The notes: generated by a model not told the origin, from the letters alone. Counted from the first letter of the whole stretch, positions 1-13,300 are shown. The stretch: DNA of 58,525 nt, filler included, from Sphacelaria rigidula (GCA_964200075.2; 6 parts of 6 records of this genome joined end to end with filler, not necessarily neighbours in it), one strand, 5' to 3'. A program made the numbers and translations.

Positions 1-71
1 CGACGATCTGACTCGAAATTTCGAGCGACAAATGGCCCAAAATACCCCTCCCCCTATCGTAGGATGACTCT
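1..71. mobile_element. Right terminus of a MITE-like element inserted into the copia RT
   Basis: Ends in CCCCTATCGTAGGATGACTCT, identical to the terminus at 39160-39180 and similar to 39871-39902; copia coding sequence begins immediately after it. Confidence 0.6.
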
Positions 72-1206
72 GAGGCTACCGCCAGGTTTGGGTGAACGAT
101 CTGGCACTGTCGTGCATTTGCACAAAACGCTTTATGGGTTGAAACAAGCTGCTAGAGAGTGGTACGGAAAACTGGGTAGAACTCTGAAAGGTCTGGGTTT
201 TGAACAGAGTTTGATAGATCCATGTGTGTTCAGGCTGATGGACGGCGAGGGCGTCAAAGCTCTGGTTGTGGTTCACGTCGATGACATGTTCGTTGTGGGT
301 GCTGAGTCTGTGTGCAACAAGTTCGCAGAGGATCTCAACGCACATTTTTCAACGAAGAACCTTGGTGAGCTGGTCTGATACGCAGGATGCGAGTACAATC
401 ACGATCTCGAGAAAGGGACCCTCAAATTGTCTCAGACTGCGTATACCCAGCGGGCTCTTAAAAGATTTTCGATCTAAAGGACCGCTGCAACCCCTGCGTT
501 TGTTTCTTCTGACTTCAAGGTGGATAAGGGAGAGGATTTCGAGGGGAGGTACCGTGAGGCGGTGGGATCTTTGATGTGGCCCTCCATCAACACCCCCCCG
601 GACATCGCTGACGCCGTGAGAGCTGCATCCCGCCACAACGAAAACCCGACGCCTGAGGACTGGCGCAAAGTGTCGCGGATTTTCGAGTACCTCAAGACAA
701 CAGTAGACTTGGAAATCACGTATGCTGGGGGTTCGAGTGACGAGTTGGTGGCGTATGCCAATGCAGACTATGCGAAATTCGATGATCGGCGTTCAGTGTC
801 GGGAGGGGCGATATTTTTCTGCGGGGCTGCTGTCGGGTTTTTCTCTCGCACCCGAAAGAATGTGACTCTCTCTTCTACTCAGGCTGAATACGTAGCGATG
901 GGCGACGTAGTGAAGGATGCTCTGTTCGTGAAGGCGGTGCTGAAATTTTTGCAGCCGCAAAGGAAGGAATTTTGTATGCCACTGGCGGTGTATGAGGATA
1001 GCCAGGGGGCGATTCAACTCGCGAAAAATCCGCGAAGCTCGCACAACAGCAAGCACATTGCTGTGCGTCATCATTTTCTGAGGGAATCGGTGTCTGAACA
1101 AATCATTCTAGTGGAGTATGTCAAGCCTCCTCAGTAGCACGCAGACGTTTTGACGAAACCTTTGCCTGTTGGTAGCTTCAGGTACCACAGGAATGTCCTG
1201 ATGTGA
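72..1206 (+). mobile_element. Ty1/copia retrotransposon pol 3' part (RT and RNase H), pseudogenised
   Basis: Motifs LHKTLYGLKQAAREW, DPCVF, VVHVDD, YREAVGSLMW, RRSVSG, TLSSTQAEYVA, SKHIAVRHHFLRE and ADVLTKPL all lie in one frame, broken by stops at 376, 475 and 1135. Confidence 0.95.
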
Positions 1207-1320
1207 ACATCAAGTGACTTTGACAATCTTGAAAGTTGAAGTGAGACTGGTTTATAGTCTTGGACCTTGTATTTTCTACGTCAAGCTATGAACGTTTGAA
1301 GTGAGGTGCGGCCGCGAGGC

Positions 1321-1830
1321 TGTAGCTGAGCGTGTCTCATTAGGAGCAAAGCGCATTCTCACGAGACTCGTGTCTTAGCCAAGGCCAACCTATATTTCGG
1401 TCATGGCTTGGGTGTGATTTGCGTTTTTTCGGGAACAGAAAACGGTTTTTGGTCGAAGTGGTCTGAAATGTTTTCTTGTGTGTTGATTCGATTTTTTTAC
1501 ATGCGTTTGATTTCTCAGTGTGCAAAATCAGGGAGGGTGTTAATTGTGTGATATCACTCATGGTGAATGTAAGATCCAGGATATTCTGACGAGACTGTCG
1601 GAGGAAAATGTGGCGGATTAGCCGATAGGAAACGGTACTGGTGATTTCCAGGAATGGTACTGTAGAACGACGGTTCGGATCCATTCTCGTAATGTTCTTG
1701 AAAGTGTTGGTTGTTCTTACTTTTGTTCTCGAATGATCCGGAAACGACGGGAAGTTATTTTGTGATATACCATACGCTTCTGCGGGATGAAACAGGAGAT
1801 ATTTGCCGTAGCTCGAGAAGTCGTCAACGA
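1321..1830 (+). mobile_element. Possible 3' LTR of the copia element
   Basis: Starts with TGT about 115 bp after the pol stop, behind a G-rich tract. No second LTR is available for comparison and the right end is uncertain. Confidence 0.3.
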
Positions 1831-1867
1831 TGATGCACCCCCGCGTCTCTCGCCCCACCGTCTTCAG

Positions 1868-1892
1868 TGTGTGTGTGTGTGTGTGTGAGTGT
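1868..1892. repeat. (GT)n microsatellite
   Basis: Direct reading. Confidence 0.9.
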
Positions 1893-2559
1893 GCTTTCCG
1901 ACCCATGAGCGGTCTGAAATGAATGAGACAGTAAAGGACAAGTATACACTTCTGCTTCTGTGACTTCATCTTCGACAGCGGACGCTGTGCGAGATTGCCT
2001 TCTACTTTTTTGGTTGAGCAGTGAGTGCTCAAGCCATATAACTCTAGACTCTACCGAACACTTCTATCTTGCGAGATCTCAATAGCCTACGTACCGCTTG
2101 GTGCTCCTTCTTGTAGGTCATGTGGTCGGTCATCGTTAAGGTGTTTGTTTCATGAGTGCAGCAGGTCTTGATATTTATGTCATGCATTGTCCACTCTTTC
2201 CTTTCAATAGGTGCCTTTTGCACCTGATGTCGGAAATTTCTAGAAATGACTGATCAGACTTCCATCACCTACTGAAAGCCGGTAGGGTTTCACTGGTATC
2301 TCACCACGAGACTCCAAACTCCATGTGAATTTGACATGGAGAGGGTCATGACCTTACCCTATCCGTACTGGTTATACCTTCTATACTTTCGATTTGCATG
2401 TAAGGTGGTCAACCTGCACGCTGTTGTTTACATGTCTAGGGTTTGGGTTTATCATTGTCTTCCGTTTGTGGTCATGGTATTGGGCGGAGAATCTCGGTAT
2501 TTTTCCGACTTGATATGGGACAGGAGATCTGTTATTTTTCGCGATCCCATGTTCGTGTA

Positions 2560-2925
2560 TGGGCTGTGTTTTGGTAGGTTAAATAAACAGAAGGGTTAGC
2601 TTTTCTATTTGATGTCTATGCCCGCGCTGTGTTATAGTAGGTAAAAGAAAAAGAAAGGTTAGCTTCTTTTTTTTCATGCCTATGTCCGCGCTGTGTTATG
2701 GTAACTCTGAGAAAAATGAGGGTTAGCTTCTCTATTTCATGTCCATGTCTGCGCTGTCTTATGGTAGGTTAAAGAAAACGAAAGGTTAGCTTCTTCATTC
2801 CATGCCTATGTCCACGCTGTCTTATGGTCATTTAAAGAAAAACGAGGGTTAGCTTTTCTATTACACGTCCCTGTCCGGGCTGTGCTGTGGTCGATTACAG
2901 AAAAAGGACGGTTAGCTTCTCTATA
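2560..2925. repeat. Tandem repeat, ~63-bp unit, about 6 diverged copies
   Basis: GGTTAGCTT recurs near 2594, 2657, 2721, 2784, 2847 and 2910, with conserved ATGYC.GCGCTGT.TTATGGT between copies. Confidence 0.9.
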
Positions 2926-3979
2926 CAAAAGACGGGAAAGGGGGAAATGTAGAGAAAGAGAGGAGGGGAAATACTAGAAAGGAAGGAAAAACAGATTGGC
3001 TGAGGAAAAGGAAGTAGTAAGGTTAGGGGCAAGAAAGCAGCTTCGGTTCATCATGTCTATATCTATTTTGTGTACTTCTGGGCGGAAACCATTGGGTTGT
3101 TCGGGTTTTCGAATGTTGTGTCTGTCGGTCCGGGACTTTCTTCATCCAGTGGCGGTCCCCGGTATATGTACGGTGACAGTCTGTACATTTCCTAGGTTTT
3201 GGTGGCTTGTTTTACAGCGCCGTTGCCACTCGACGCCATCCCAAGAGTCTAGAGGTGTGGGGTTACCGGATAGGGGGCGCTATTCTCAGAATAGAAAAAC
3301 GCTGACTCGTTTTTTTTTGCCGGTTTAACCGGTTCACCGGAAGACCGGGGTCACCTGATGAGCAAGGGAACACGCCTCAAAATCATTGAAGCGCAGGTAA
3401 ATTAGGCGTTGTTGTCGCGTGTTTCGTGTGTGGTGGGTGGTTGATACTCTTCGACGCCCCCATTGCCGGTGGCGGCAAGGTTAAATCTCGTCACACCTCC
3501 ACATACATGCAAGATCTGTCGAACGTACACACAGTGGCTGATGACACCGAGTTTAGTGCTTGATAGGAAATAGTGTTGGTGAGTACTTGAACAGAGCTGC
3601 TGTTGTTCGAAACTGGACCCTAGCATAGACAAATCGACGAGACATAGACTACTTTGTCCATCAGAAGAGTCTCCAGCATGAGCAATAGCGTGCAAGCCAA
3701 TAACATAAAGGGTGTCGAAACGGAAAATTCTGGACCCCACACCCCGCCCATCCTGCAGCCCAATACTCACAAACAGGAAGGAGGAGCAGAGGTAATGCTC
3801 CCCCTCAACTTTTCATGGAAACGTGTACCGGCTCAGTATCCCAAAACAACGGAACAGCGGACAACGAAAACCCACACTACTAAGCGCGACAAACCTGTCA
3901 TGAAGATGCATATCAGTCTGTTGTCATGCCGCTTCAGACCCGTTGTCGAGTCTGGCTATCGGTATTTCGGATAAAATGT

Positions 3980-6900
3980 GTATCCTTACTGGACATCGGC
4001 AGCCCGCAAGCATTTCTTCGAGAATCAACATGGAAACACATGAAACAGACTGGCGCTGCTACGGCAGCTTGCGAAACCACCACCTAACCTCGAGTATGGG
4101 GCGGTTTCGGTTATTCTGCCGCACTACCGACGACACGTAAATCCGCACGTCTCAGTGTGCAATTATTTCACAACACCACTCGATCTGCCAGCCTGGCAGT
4201 CTGGGAATACGTTGTCCCCGACAGCACAATGCATCATGCCATATTATTGGGCAGATATAGCTATATGCGGTTTCATAAACGCACCTACCGCACGCTTCCA
4301 CCACTAGCGCCACATTCCACTCCTCGTGGAGAATTCAACCTCGAGCACTTTGGTACTCTCCACGGCGCCCTGGCCTACCAGAAAAATACTCAAGCACCCG
4401 AAGCTGCTTACCACCTACGATACAACGGTAGCGTTGGTATTACACTCTCCGACGACCCCTAACTTCTAGAAGTTGCACTAGTTCGCCGAAATGGCATGCC
4501 AGCGCTTACGGGTCATTATCTTGCCGACATGTTATTCCCCGTATTGGCGCACCAGCCGACACAGAACATTTTGTGTCGGCGGTGCAACAACTCCTCCCAC
4601 TTACGGGTCGTGCTAACTTGGAACCCGGCGATGTTATAGGAATCGCCGCTGCTCCCTTCATGCACATCCCACTCGAGACGTGCGTAACAGAGTCTGCCGC
4701 GCCAAACGCCACATCTCCGGCTGCGTCAGTCCATTGTGTCGATGAACCTTATTTCGACCTCGCCTCTGCGACTCCACCTCAGGTCCATACCGTGGATCCT
4801 GCCCAGTTAGATTCCGATGCTCCTGCTGAAGTACTTCAACGCTCATCACCAGATTCTCGGAATAGCTTCTTGCAGATGTGGCACCAACTGCCTCCACAAA
4901 TGCGCGACATCAACTTTGACCTTCGTGGGCCCGGCTGGGAACCGGCAGTCATCCGAGAACTCAGTGATGTCCTGCTACAGTACCAAGACCAATTTTCCCG
5001 ATCCAAGACGGATCTTAGGCATTGCAAAACGCTGCCCTTTGAGGTTACCCTCCAACCCGATATTTCGTCGATTTCTTCCCAGTCATACCGAACAAACCCA
5101 ATCCTTACCAAGAACGTTAACGCCAACTTAGATGCGTATTTGGGAGCGGGATTAATACAACATTCCTTAGAGCTTGGAAGTGGTGCCAGTTATAACTGGC
5201 CATTATCATTATAATGGTGATAATGGTAATGGTTACATGAAAAAAATGGATAATGGTTTCGAACCATTATTTACCGTTACCGGCTTTACAGGCCGTTACC
5301 GGCTACGTATGCTACATACAGTCCTTGAAACTGGCCCAAAATTGACGCACTTTCAGCTCAAGTGAAGCCAATTCGCGTACAAACGTGCCTCCGGCACGGC
5401 GCCTCCAGCGTCCCCCCCCTCTAGACTATGGCATACATGATCATGAGTACACCCTCTGCCAGGGGGGAGCTTTTCGGCTCGCGGCTGCGCCGCTCGATGA
5501 CCGAAACCATCATGTACCATTTAACTGGCTGATAAGTGCGCTACGCGTGACCATTCAACTGGTGAGTGGTTAGACAAACCATTTCCGAGCTCCAGCATCC
5601 CTCCTCTTCTTGGGCCTCGCCCCTTGTGGTCGTCCCCAAAAAGGATGGGAACATACGCATAACCGTGAATTACTCACGGTTGAACCGCGTCACCGTGGTC
5701 GGTTTACCTCCAATTCCCCGCATTGATGAAGTATCCGACGCCTTAGGCGAAGGAAAACCATTGAGCACCTTCGACCTCGCTGCTGGCTTTTTTCAGAATG
5801 CTATACACCCTGACACAGTCCCACTGACGGCTTCTTGTACCTCGTCTGGACTCTATGAGTGGCTTCGAATGCCACAAGGCGCCGCCACTGCCCCGGGATG
5901 CTTTCAATGCTTAATGCAACGCGTCACCGAGGGCCTCGAGCACATCATCATGTACCTGGATGACGTTATCGCTTTCGATGCCTCACCTACTGCGCATACC
6001 CGCACTCTACGAGAATTTCCCTCTCGCCTACGCACGCGCGATTTGAAACTGTCTCCATCCAAAGCTCGCCTTGGTGCGGCTGACTTGGATTTCTTGGGGC
6101 ATTCCATTTCGCCAGCAGGACTGCATCCGGATACAAACAAAGCCAAGGCGATGACTGACTTGCCGATGCCAACTAACATTTCTCATCTTCGCTTCTTGTT
6201 GGACGGACTATCCCACTAACGCAAATGTTTGCCGAATTTATCTAAACGGATCCGCCCCCTACTGAGTGACTCAAGAAAGGAGCTGTGTTTTCCTTCACAA
6301 CCGAAATGGAGAATATCACCCGCGAATTACTCAAGACGCTTACCGAAAAGCACAAGATGGCTCCCGCCTTTTCCAACTTCACCCTGACGCCAGCACGAAC
6401 GAAGCTGGAGGAGTTTTGAATCAACCTCAGGTTGGTGGCTCCGTCCGACCCATCCTCTGTATCAGCGGCGGTACCCTGCTCAACGAGGTCAATTGGAGCC
6501 CGCTAGAACTGGGAGGCGGAGTAATCACTTGAGCCATTAAGCGCCTTCGACGATATCTGTTTCACGTGCCCTTTGAGATCTATACGGATCACGGAGCACT
6601 CGAACAACTCGCCAAGGTTGGCGAACACAACCCGCGTGTACAACGATGGTTGGAGTTTCTAATAGCATATCAGTATACCATTAAGCACCGTCCGGGCAAA
6701 ACCAACGGGAACGCTGATCTTCTTTCTTGCCTACCCCTGCCGCCTACGGCCGCAGATTCCAGCCCGGCTTACCGTCTAACGGAACCCGATGAACCTGGAA
6801 TTTACGCGATGAGACGTTTTTCAATAACCGTTTACGCCCTCGACTTACAGTGCCCAGAAACCGGTGTGCATATGGGAGGACCTCGCCCTCTACCATATGG

Positions 6901-9587
6901 CGCCGTCTTGGGTAGGTTAAAGCCCACTACCTCCGATTTGGTCGATTTCCGCACTTTTGGTACTCGTGCGAAGCTCTTCGCGAAGACAACTCCAGTCACC
7001 CACCCAATCTCCGACAACACGCTCTCCCGGTCTGCCGCCCGCACCACCCCAACTGCCCCGCCGCCACCGGTAACACCTGCATATTCCACGAGCCACGCAG
7101 CACAAGTTCCACGGACCAACACACAACGCTCCGCGAAAACTCCTGCAACGTGCACAACGCGCCACGGACAATTTCCGCTGCGCACTGATACAGCCCCGCC
7201 GCCCACACCGGCACCGCAAACATCTACCGCTCCCGAGCACGGAAATGGCGAATTAGCTCCTGCTCCCGGGACATTTATTGACGTCGGCATTTCTGCCGCG
7301 TCGCCTATTCCCCCGCCGCCTGCCCCACCGTGTTCGATCGGCTCGCCAGCGGAAGGTCAACTACGCGAGTTTCTCGCCAGCTACTCTCACCGCGATTGGG
7401 CTTGCAAACAAAACACAGAACCGCTATGTCGTGCAGCCATCCGGTTCTTACAACTCGACTGTCCAGTCCCTTTTCCATCCACACTTCTGGCCCCGGTTGG
7501 CACACTGCCACCACCAGTTATTTCTGACGTATACGAGCTCGTGCGTAAAGGCCCCCTTTTTATTACGGATGAAGGTGTGCAACTACTCGTGCGTCGGCCC
7601 ACGCCTTTGACAGATGCAATTTCTGCCTCAACCACGGGACGCCACGCACGACTACTCGATGATGAACCAACGCGCATATATATCCAACACTTAATGCGCC
7701 CCGGGATCATGAAAGGCTGCCAGAGAGACTTGTCATCTCACCTTGGCGTCACCCGCACCGTAGCGCTCTTGGAATGCTTCTACTGGTGGGTTGGCATGGA
7801 AATTTCCACCCGCTTCTGGATTCGGCGATGCTTCAAATGCCAAGCTCGAAAGGCTTCACGACAGACAGTACGCTGGCCCGTCATCTCTATGGGACTCCCC
7901 AACGAGCCAGGCCACCTTGTGTCCTTTGACTACTGTGTCCCTCTACCGACCACAGGTCGCGGCAACACCTACATCTTACTCTTCACTGACCGCTTCAGCC
8001 GCCACGCGTCCATGTACGCGGTAACCGCCGCAGATTTCACTACCGCCGGAACGGCCGACATATTAGTCCACGACTACATTAAGCACTACGGCTGCCCAAA
8101 GCGACTCCTTTCAGACAATGGTCAGCCATTTTGCTCTGATCTCTCTGATGAGCTTTACAAGCTCCTGGGCATCCGCAACATTGCCACGAGCGCCTACTAC
8201 CCGAACGGTAACGGTGGTACCGAAAGAGTTAATCACACCATGGCCCAGATGCTCTCTATGGTTGTCAATGACCGCCAAAAATGACTGGGACCTACACCTC
8301 TCGCACATCATGTTGTCCTACAACAACTCGGTTAACGCCGCCACAGGCCTTTCTCCGAACGAACTCCATCTTGGACGTTACCCTCGGCTGCTCATCACCG
8401 TGTTTGAGCGCCACACGTTCGACGGCCACCAGGGATTGGATCAGGATCAGATATTCTAACACGAGCTAGCGCATGCACGACAACGCAAAGCGTTCACCCT
8501 CGTGCGCGAACAACACGCTATCAACGCCTCGCGCCTGTAGAGATCTAACACTGCTCTCTACAACCTCATGCACGAACGCCCTAACTGGAAAGTTGGTGAT
8601 TGGGTTTGGATCTACAAAAGTTTGTCGACCATCCGCCAAGGCATCAGCAAGGCAGCCAACGAGACAATTTTGAAGTCAAAATTGCCCCTCAATTGGACGG
8701 GACCATTCAAGATCCTGGCAGTCGGACCACCGTCACTATCACCGGATGATAAACTCGTTGGTGACAAACTGTTCCATGTCGACTTGCCTCGCGACTTGCA
8801 GGGCAAGGACACCGAACCCCGCGTCTCCGTGCACAGATACAAACCCTGCACGAACCCGCATGATACAAGCGACATGCCCAAGTACCTACCTGCCGGACTC
8901 ACACAGTATGTTCTCAACAGCTACTCGACCAAGCCCCCGCCCTACCACGTTACAACCGACGACGTGACGGAACAGCCCCTCCGGTTGACCGTGTCCTCCA
9001 CCTCCGGCCACCAGATAAACCGTTGTCGAGGTGGCAAAATTTCTGTCATGTCTAAGACACACTGGCACGGTCGTGGGAGAGCGTCTTGGGAACGCGAATC
9101 CGACCTTCAATTGTACCGCCGTGCAATCCTCCTGTACTGGACGCAATCCCAACATCAGCATCTTGCTCACAACAAGAAATATCGCAACATGCGTCGTGGC
9201 GCAGCAGCCCGCGAACTTCACCGCGATCAGGGATTACGCTTCGTCACCGATGGTTACGAACTTGTACTCACCAAGACTTGTAAGACGAAGTTCTTCGCAA
9301 ACCAGCGAATACTACCTGAGGGCAGCTACCTTTGGTTCAAAGGCAGCGATAACCTCTGGTGGTTGGGTCAGGCCCACTCCGCTAACCTGGTTTCGGCCGA
9401 CACATACATCGTGCGTTTCATCGATGACCCTGGACCCATACAGCTCAAGCTTCGGTCAGCACTACACACCACCAGTTCATCTGCACCACGCGGATCCTGG
9501 TGCCTCCAGCGCCTTGAGTCTCATGAACTTCGCCGCGGTCTCCAACGCAACATCGACCACACCCACGACGTCCACGCTCCGCTGTGA
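3980..9587 (+). mobile_element. Ty3/gypsy (chromovirus-like) retrotransposon pol, decayed: protease-RT-RNase H-integrase-chromodomain
   Basis: LLDIGS protease (3986); WASPLVVVPKKDG, RMPQG and YLDD (RT); YTDH..RVQRW..NADLLS (RNase H); HLGVTRT..CFKCQ, FDY, SDNG and GTERVN (integrase); WTGPF; KTHW..SWERE chromodomain. Several stops and frameshifts; gag and LTRs not seen. Confidence 0.95.
5168..5594. mobile_element. Non-autonomous hAT-like DNA transposon (MITE) nested in gypsy pol
   Basis: TIRs TAGAGCTTGGAAGTGGT / ACCATTTCCGAGCTCCA; 8-bp TSD ACATTCCT (5160-5167) / GCATCCCT (5595-5602). Removal restores in-frame GLIQHSSSSWASPLVV. Confidence 0.85.
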
Positions 9588-9643
9588 ACCACGCTCCTTC
9601 GTCGCAACTGTTGCCCCCCCCCCCCCATTTTTTCTGTAGCAAA

Positions 9644-9672
9644 GCCGGTCGCCCCGGTGGCTCAGTTGGTAA
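9644..9672 (+). mobile_element. 5' end of tRNA-derived SINE, cut by the contig end
   Basis: GCCGGTCGCCCCGGTGGCTCAGTTGGTA (A-box) matches the minus-strand element starting at 19190. Confidence 0.7.
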
Positions 9673-9772
9673 NNNNNNNNNNNNNNNNNNNNNNNNNNNN
9701 NNNNNNNNNNNNNNNNTTAATTAATTAANNNNNNNNNNNNNNNNNNNNNNNNNNNNNNNNNNNNNNNNNNNN
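9673..9772. other. Artificial contig linker (44 N + TTAATTAATTAA + 44 N)
   Basis: Exactly 100 nt with a six-frame stop core; repeated five times in the window. Confidence 0.99.
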
Positions 9773-10221
9773 TGGGGGTGGAGAAGAGAAGTCAGTATCC
9801 TATCCGCGATCTATAGGGAGGAGGTACGGGGGAAGCGATGAGGTATTCCCCCCCTCCCCTCCCCTCCCCTCCCCCCCCCTCGAAAGCACGGTATCGTCCC
9901 AAGAAAGGAGAGGGGATGAAGACTGTTATCTTTGGGCGAGAATCTGACGGTGCACATGTGGCGATCCGTCAAGATACGTACACAGCACCGAGGACTTTTT
10001 CCTCGGAGCCTTGGGAGCGTCTCGGTTGCATCCTACAGCAAGCCCTACCCCCGTGTAGTTTTTTTTTTATCCAACACTTGGATCCTCACGCCGCGAGCGT
10101 CGTCAAGTGTATCCTGAACCCTTTTGGTACCCATTGACGATTTTTGTTTTCGTGAATCGGCATCATTTTCAGTCATTTTGAAGTCAAGATGATGCCGAGT
10201 CACCAAAACGAAAATCGTCTG

Positions 10222-10286
10222 TGGGTTCCCAAAAGGGTTCATGTGGGTTCCCAAAAGGGTTCATGTGGGTTCCCAAAAGGGTTGAT
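10222..10286. repeat. 22-bp tandem repeat x3 (GTGGGTTCCCAAAAGGGTTCAT), with an inverted copy at ~10114-10134
   Basis: Direct reading. Confidence 0.85.
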
Positions 10287-10338
10287 ATATGTATGCACGA
10301 CAGTACGAATGATACCATACTTTTTCTTCTCTCACAAG

Positions 10339-13300
10339 GTTGCACCCGAGCTCGTTGCTGGCAAGCATGACATGGAAACTGTTGTACCTGCTAAACGTAA
10401 GTTGTTGATGCAGCACCTCTCGACGTCAGTTGTTTCGCGAGGCGTGCTGAGTTCCCGTGCAAGACAAACTTTGTTGCACTACTACCGTATATGAAGCACT
10501 CGAGAATGAATCGTCCGTCGTGCCCCATCCTGCGCCTCTGTTGGTCGGCGTTGTATGGTTGCAACTGTTTCGAATTACGCAGCACAAGGAAGACGACCCC
10601 AGCTACGTGGTGATCGACACTCCGAAGGTGGTGCACAAGGTCACGGGCGTGCAGAGGGTGTCAGATACGCACCTCAGAGTTTCCGTGCTGAAGGATGAGC
10701 AGGGACTGTACCTCGTTGCGTCCGACGCCGCCGATGGACAGGCGTGGTTCGATGCGTTGGAACGGGCGTGCGTCTGGGATGTCGCCTCTTCCGCCCAGAC
10801 GGTAATGTTAATATCTGTTACACATACCATCAAATATCATCCTCTTGAACGATCGATCTGTGTGTCGTTGAAAATTGGTACATCTCATGTCTCTTGACTG
10901 GGAGTGGAGAGCGAGATGTTTCGGAGCGATGGGGAGATGCTATAATGGGCAGACGGGGCGGGGTGGACAAAGTGCGTAGGGAACAGCCTCTCGCTGGAGT
11001 ATGACGGAAGGTCCGCCACCGGTCATACTTGACCCCAAACGTTCCCCCTCCCCTCACTTACTTTCGTGAGTCGTATCCACCCCATTCAAGCAACCGTATA
11101 TAGCAAAATTATCTGTTGCACGCCTGCCTCTGGTGCATTTGGTCATCACGTGCATGTGCGTATTCTCACGAATGATCCAGGTCGAGACACACGTGCGCAA
11201 CTCGGACGCTTTTCTGAAGCGGGTCAAGATCGCGTACGCTAACAACACAACGTGCGAAGGCATAGAGAAATCACTTGGCGTCACCGAGGCCCTCGCCAAC
11301 CCCAAGAAGCCGGACGCCGACCGGCCTCCGTCGATTCAGGCCGGCGGCGAGTCTCTCAAAGCCGGCGGCGGCGGCGGCGGTAAGGCGGGCGGCAAGTCCG
11401 GCAAGGGCAACGCGGGGGCCGGAGGTAATGCGGCGGCCGGTATTGCGCCGGGCGGGGAGCAGGGAGTGGGCTGGGGCGCCGTGCCGTGGGGCTTGACCCC
11501 AGGCGGCGCCAACGGTGCAGTCGGCGGTAAAAAAGGCAAGAAGGGCGGTAAAATGAAGGCCTTGGGCATGGGGGAAGAAAAGACGGAGTTCGGCGTGGAG
11601 TATGGGGAAGAGAAGATGCCGGACCTCGTAGATTCGAGTCACCGCTCTGCCCTTGGGTATTCGACGGCCGTAGCGGGGGTGGCGGCTGCCGGTATGAATG
11701 GCATGGGTGGGAGCTTCTCCTCCAATAGAGGAATGGTGCCGCCACGAGGAATGCCTCCGAGCATGGGCGGTAGCATGACAAATGGTATGCACCACCGAGG
11801 GATGTCGAATGGTGTTGGTCCCCACCCTCCCGGTATGAACATGAGCATGATGGCCCGTGGGCCCAGGCCGACGATGCCCCAAGGTCACTCCTCGGCCAGG
11901 ATGATGCTGGAAAACCCGCCGCCAGTAATGATGGGGCCGGACGGCCCTGTGACGCTTATCCAGGGGGGCATGCAGGGTGCGAGTATGCCAGGGGGCCCGT
12001 CCGTGATGATGGGGCCGAACGGTCCGGTCACGTTGATGGGGGCCGGCACACCGGGTCAAACTGGCGGAGCGTGGGGGTCTAGTTTCGGCGCTAGAGGACC
12101 TTGGGGTTCTACCAGCACCATGGGAAGCCGGTCCTTTGCGACGCGGTTTGGTCCTCAAAGGACGCGTCCAGGAATCATACAACGTACACGAAGCTTGGGC
12201 ATGGAGAACGTCCGTGAGTGCAGTTTGTTGGCGCCTCGCGCATCAATGGACATACATTGAGGTGTTTTTTTCGTTTCTCTCCCTGTCGCGTGCGTAGACA
12301 AATCATTGGAATACCCAACGACTGGATGCTTATCAGGACGCATTCTGATTGTCGTACTCCTTCTAGTACCTGTAGCTAACTGCTTCTCCTACCCTCTAAT
12401 AACCTCTCAACCCTCCCCGCCTTACCTCACTTGCGTGTTCACCAACTGTTGCCGGCGACACACCAGCCGGTCCCTATGGCTACACTCGCGACGACGTCAT
12501 GTACGACGACCAGACGATGTACCCGCCTCATCACGCCCACCACTCCTCGCTTGGCCCGGGGTCCTCGGTCCTCGGCGCCGCCGCTGCGACGGCGACTATG
12601 GCCACGGGAGCCGCGGCACTGAACGGCGTAGAAGGGGCACCCGCACCAGCCCCAGCGTCTGCTGTCCCTGCACCTGCTGCCGCTATCCCTACCCCTGTTG
12701 CCCCTACCCCTGCCCCTGCCCCTGCGACGGAGACCCCAGTCTCCACCGCTGATCGATCTGTTTCTGCCGAGAGCGCGGCTGCTACCACCACCGCCCCCAA
12801 AATCGCTAAAACTCCGGTCGTAGCCCCTGTTGCCGCCGCCCCTTCCGCAGTGGCGTACGTTGACGAACCCACGGATGACGACGAGGACGAGGGCGACGAG
12901 ATGTTTTCGGCTGAGGAGAAGTCGCCGTTGCCAGACGTTGAGGTCACGCAAGTTTCCAAGGCGGCAGCGGCCACGGCAGCGGCCGCGGGAGCTGCGGCCG
13001 CGGCGGTGGCGGCGAAGAAGAAGAAGCAACCCACAACATCATCTGCAAATATGACGTCACCGATGCCAACGACGCCAGCCACGGGCAGCCGCTCGGTGGA
13101 TGTACAGGCGACGGCGGATAAGGCATCCGTTTCTTCGAGAAAGCTCAATAGTAACCGGAGCGCGGTCTTTGCCCGTCCCAAGGATATCGACGCGACGCTC
13201 ACGGCGACTACCGAAGCGCCCAAGACCACTGGCCGGTCGTTGTCCATTGACCCCGCTGTCGCGTTCACCACGGAGTCAGCCAAAACTAGCCGCCCCTCCC

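Noticed and set aside
2560-2925. CRISPR-like regular spacing of GGTTAGCTT
   Set aside because: The intervening sequences are homologous to each other rather than unique spacers; no cas genes; eukaryotic context.
9717-9728. TTAATTAATTAA as a biological motif (piggyBac TTAA site)
   Set aside because: It is the six-frame stop core of the assembly linker.
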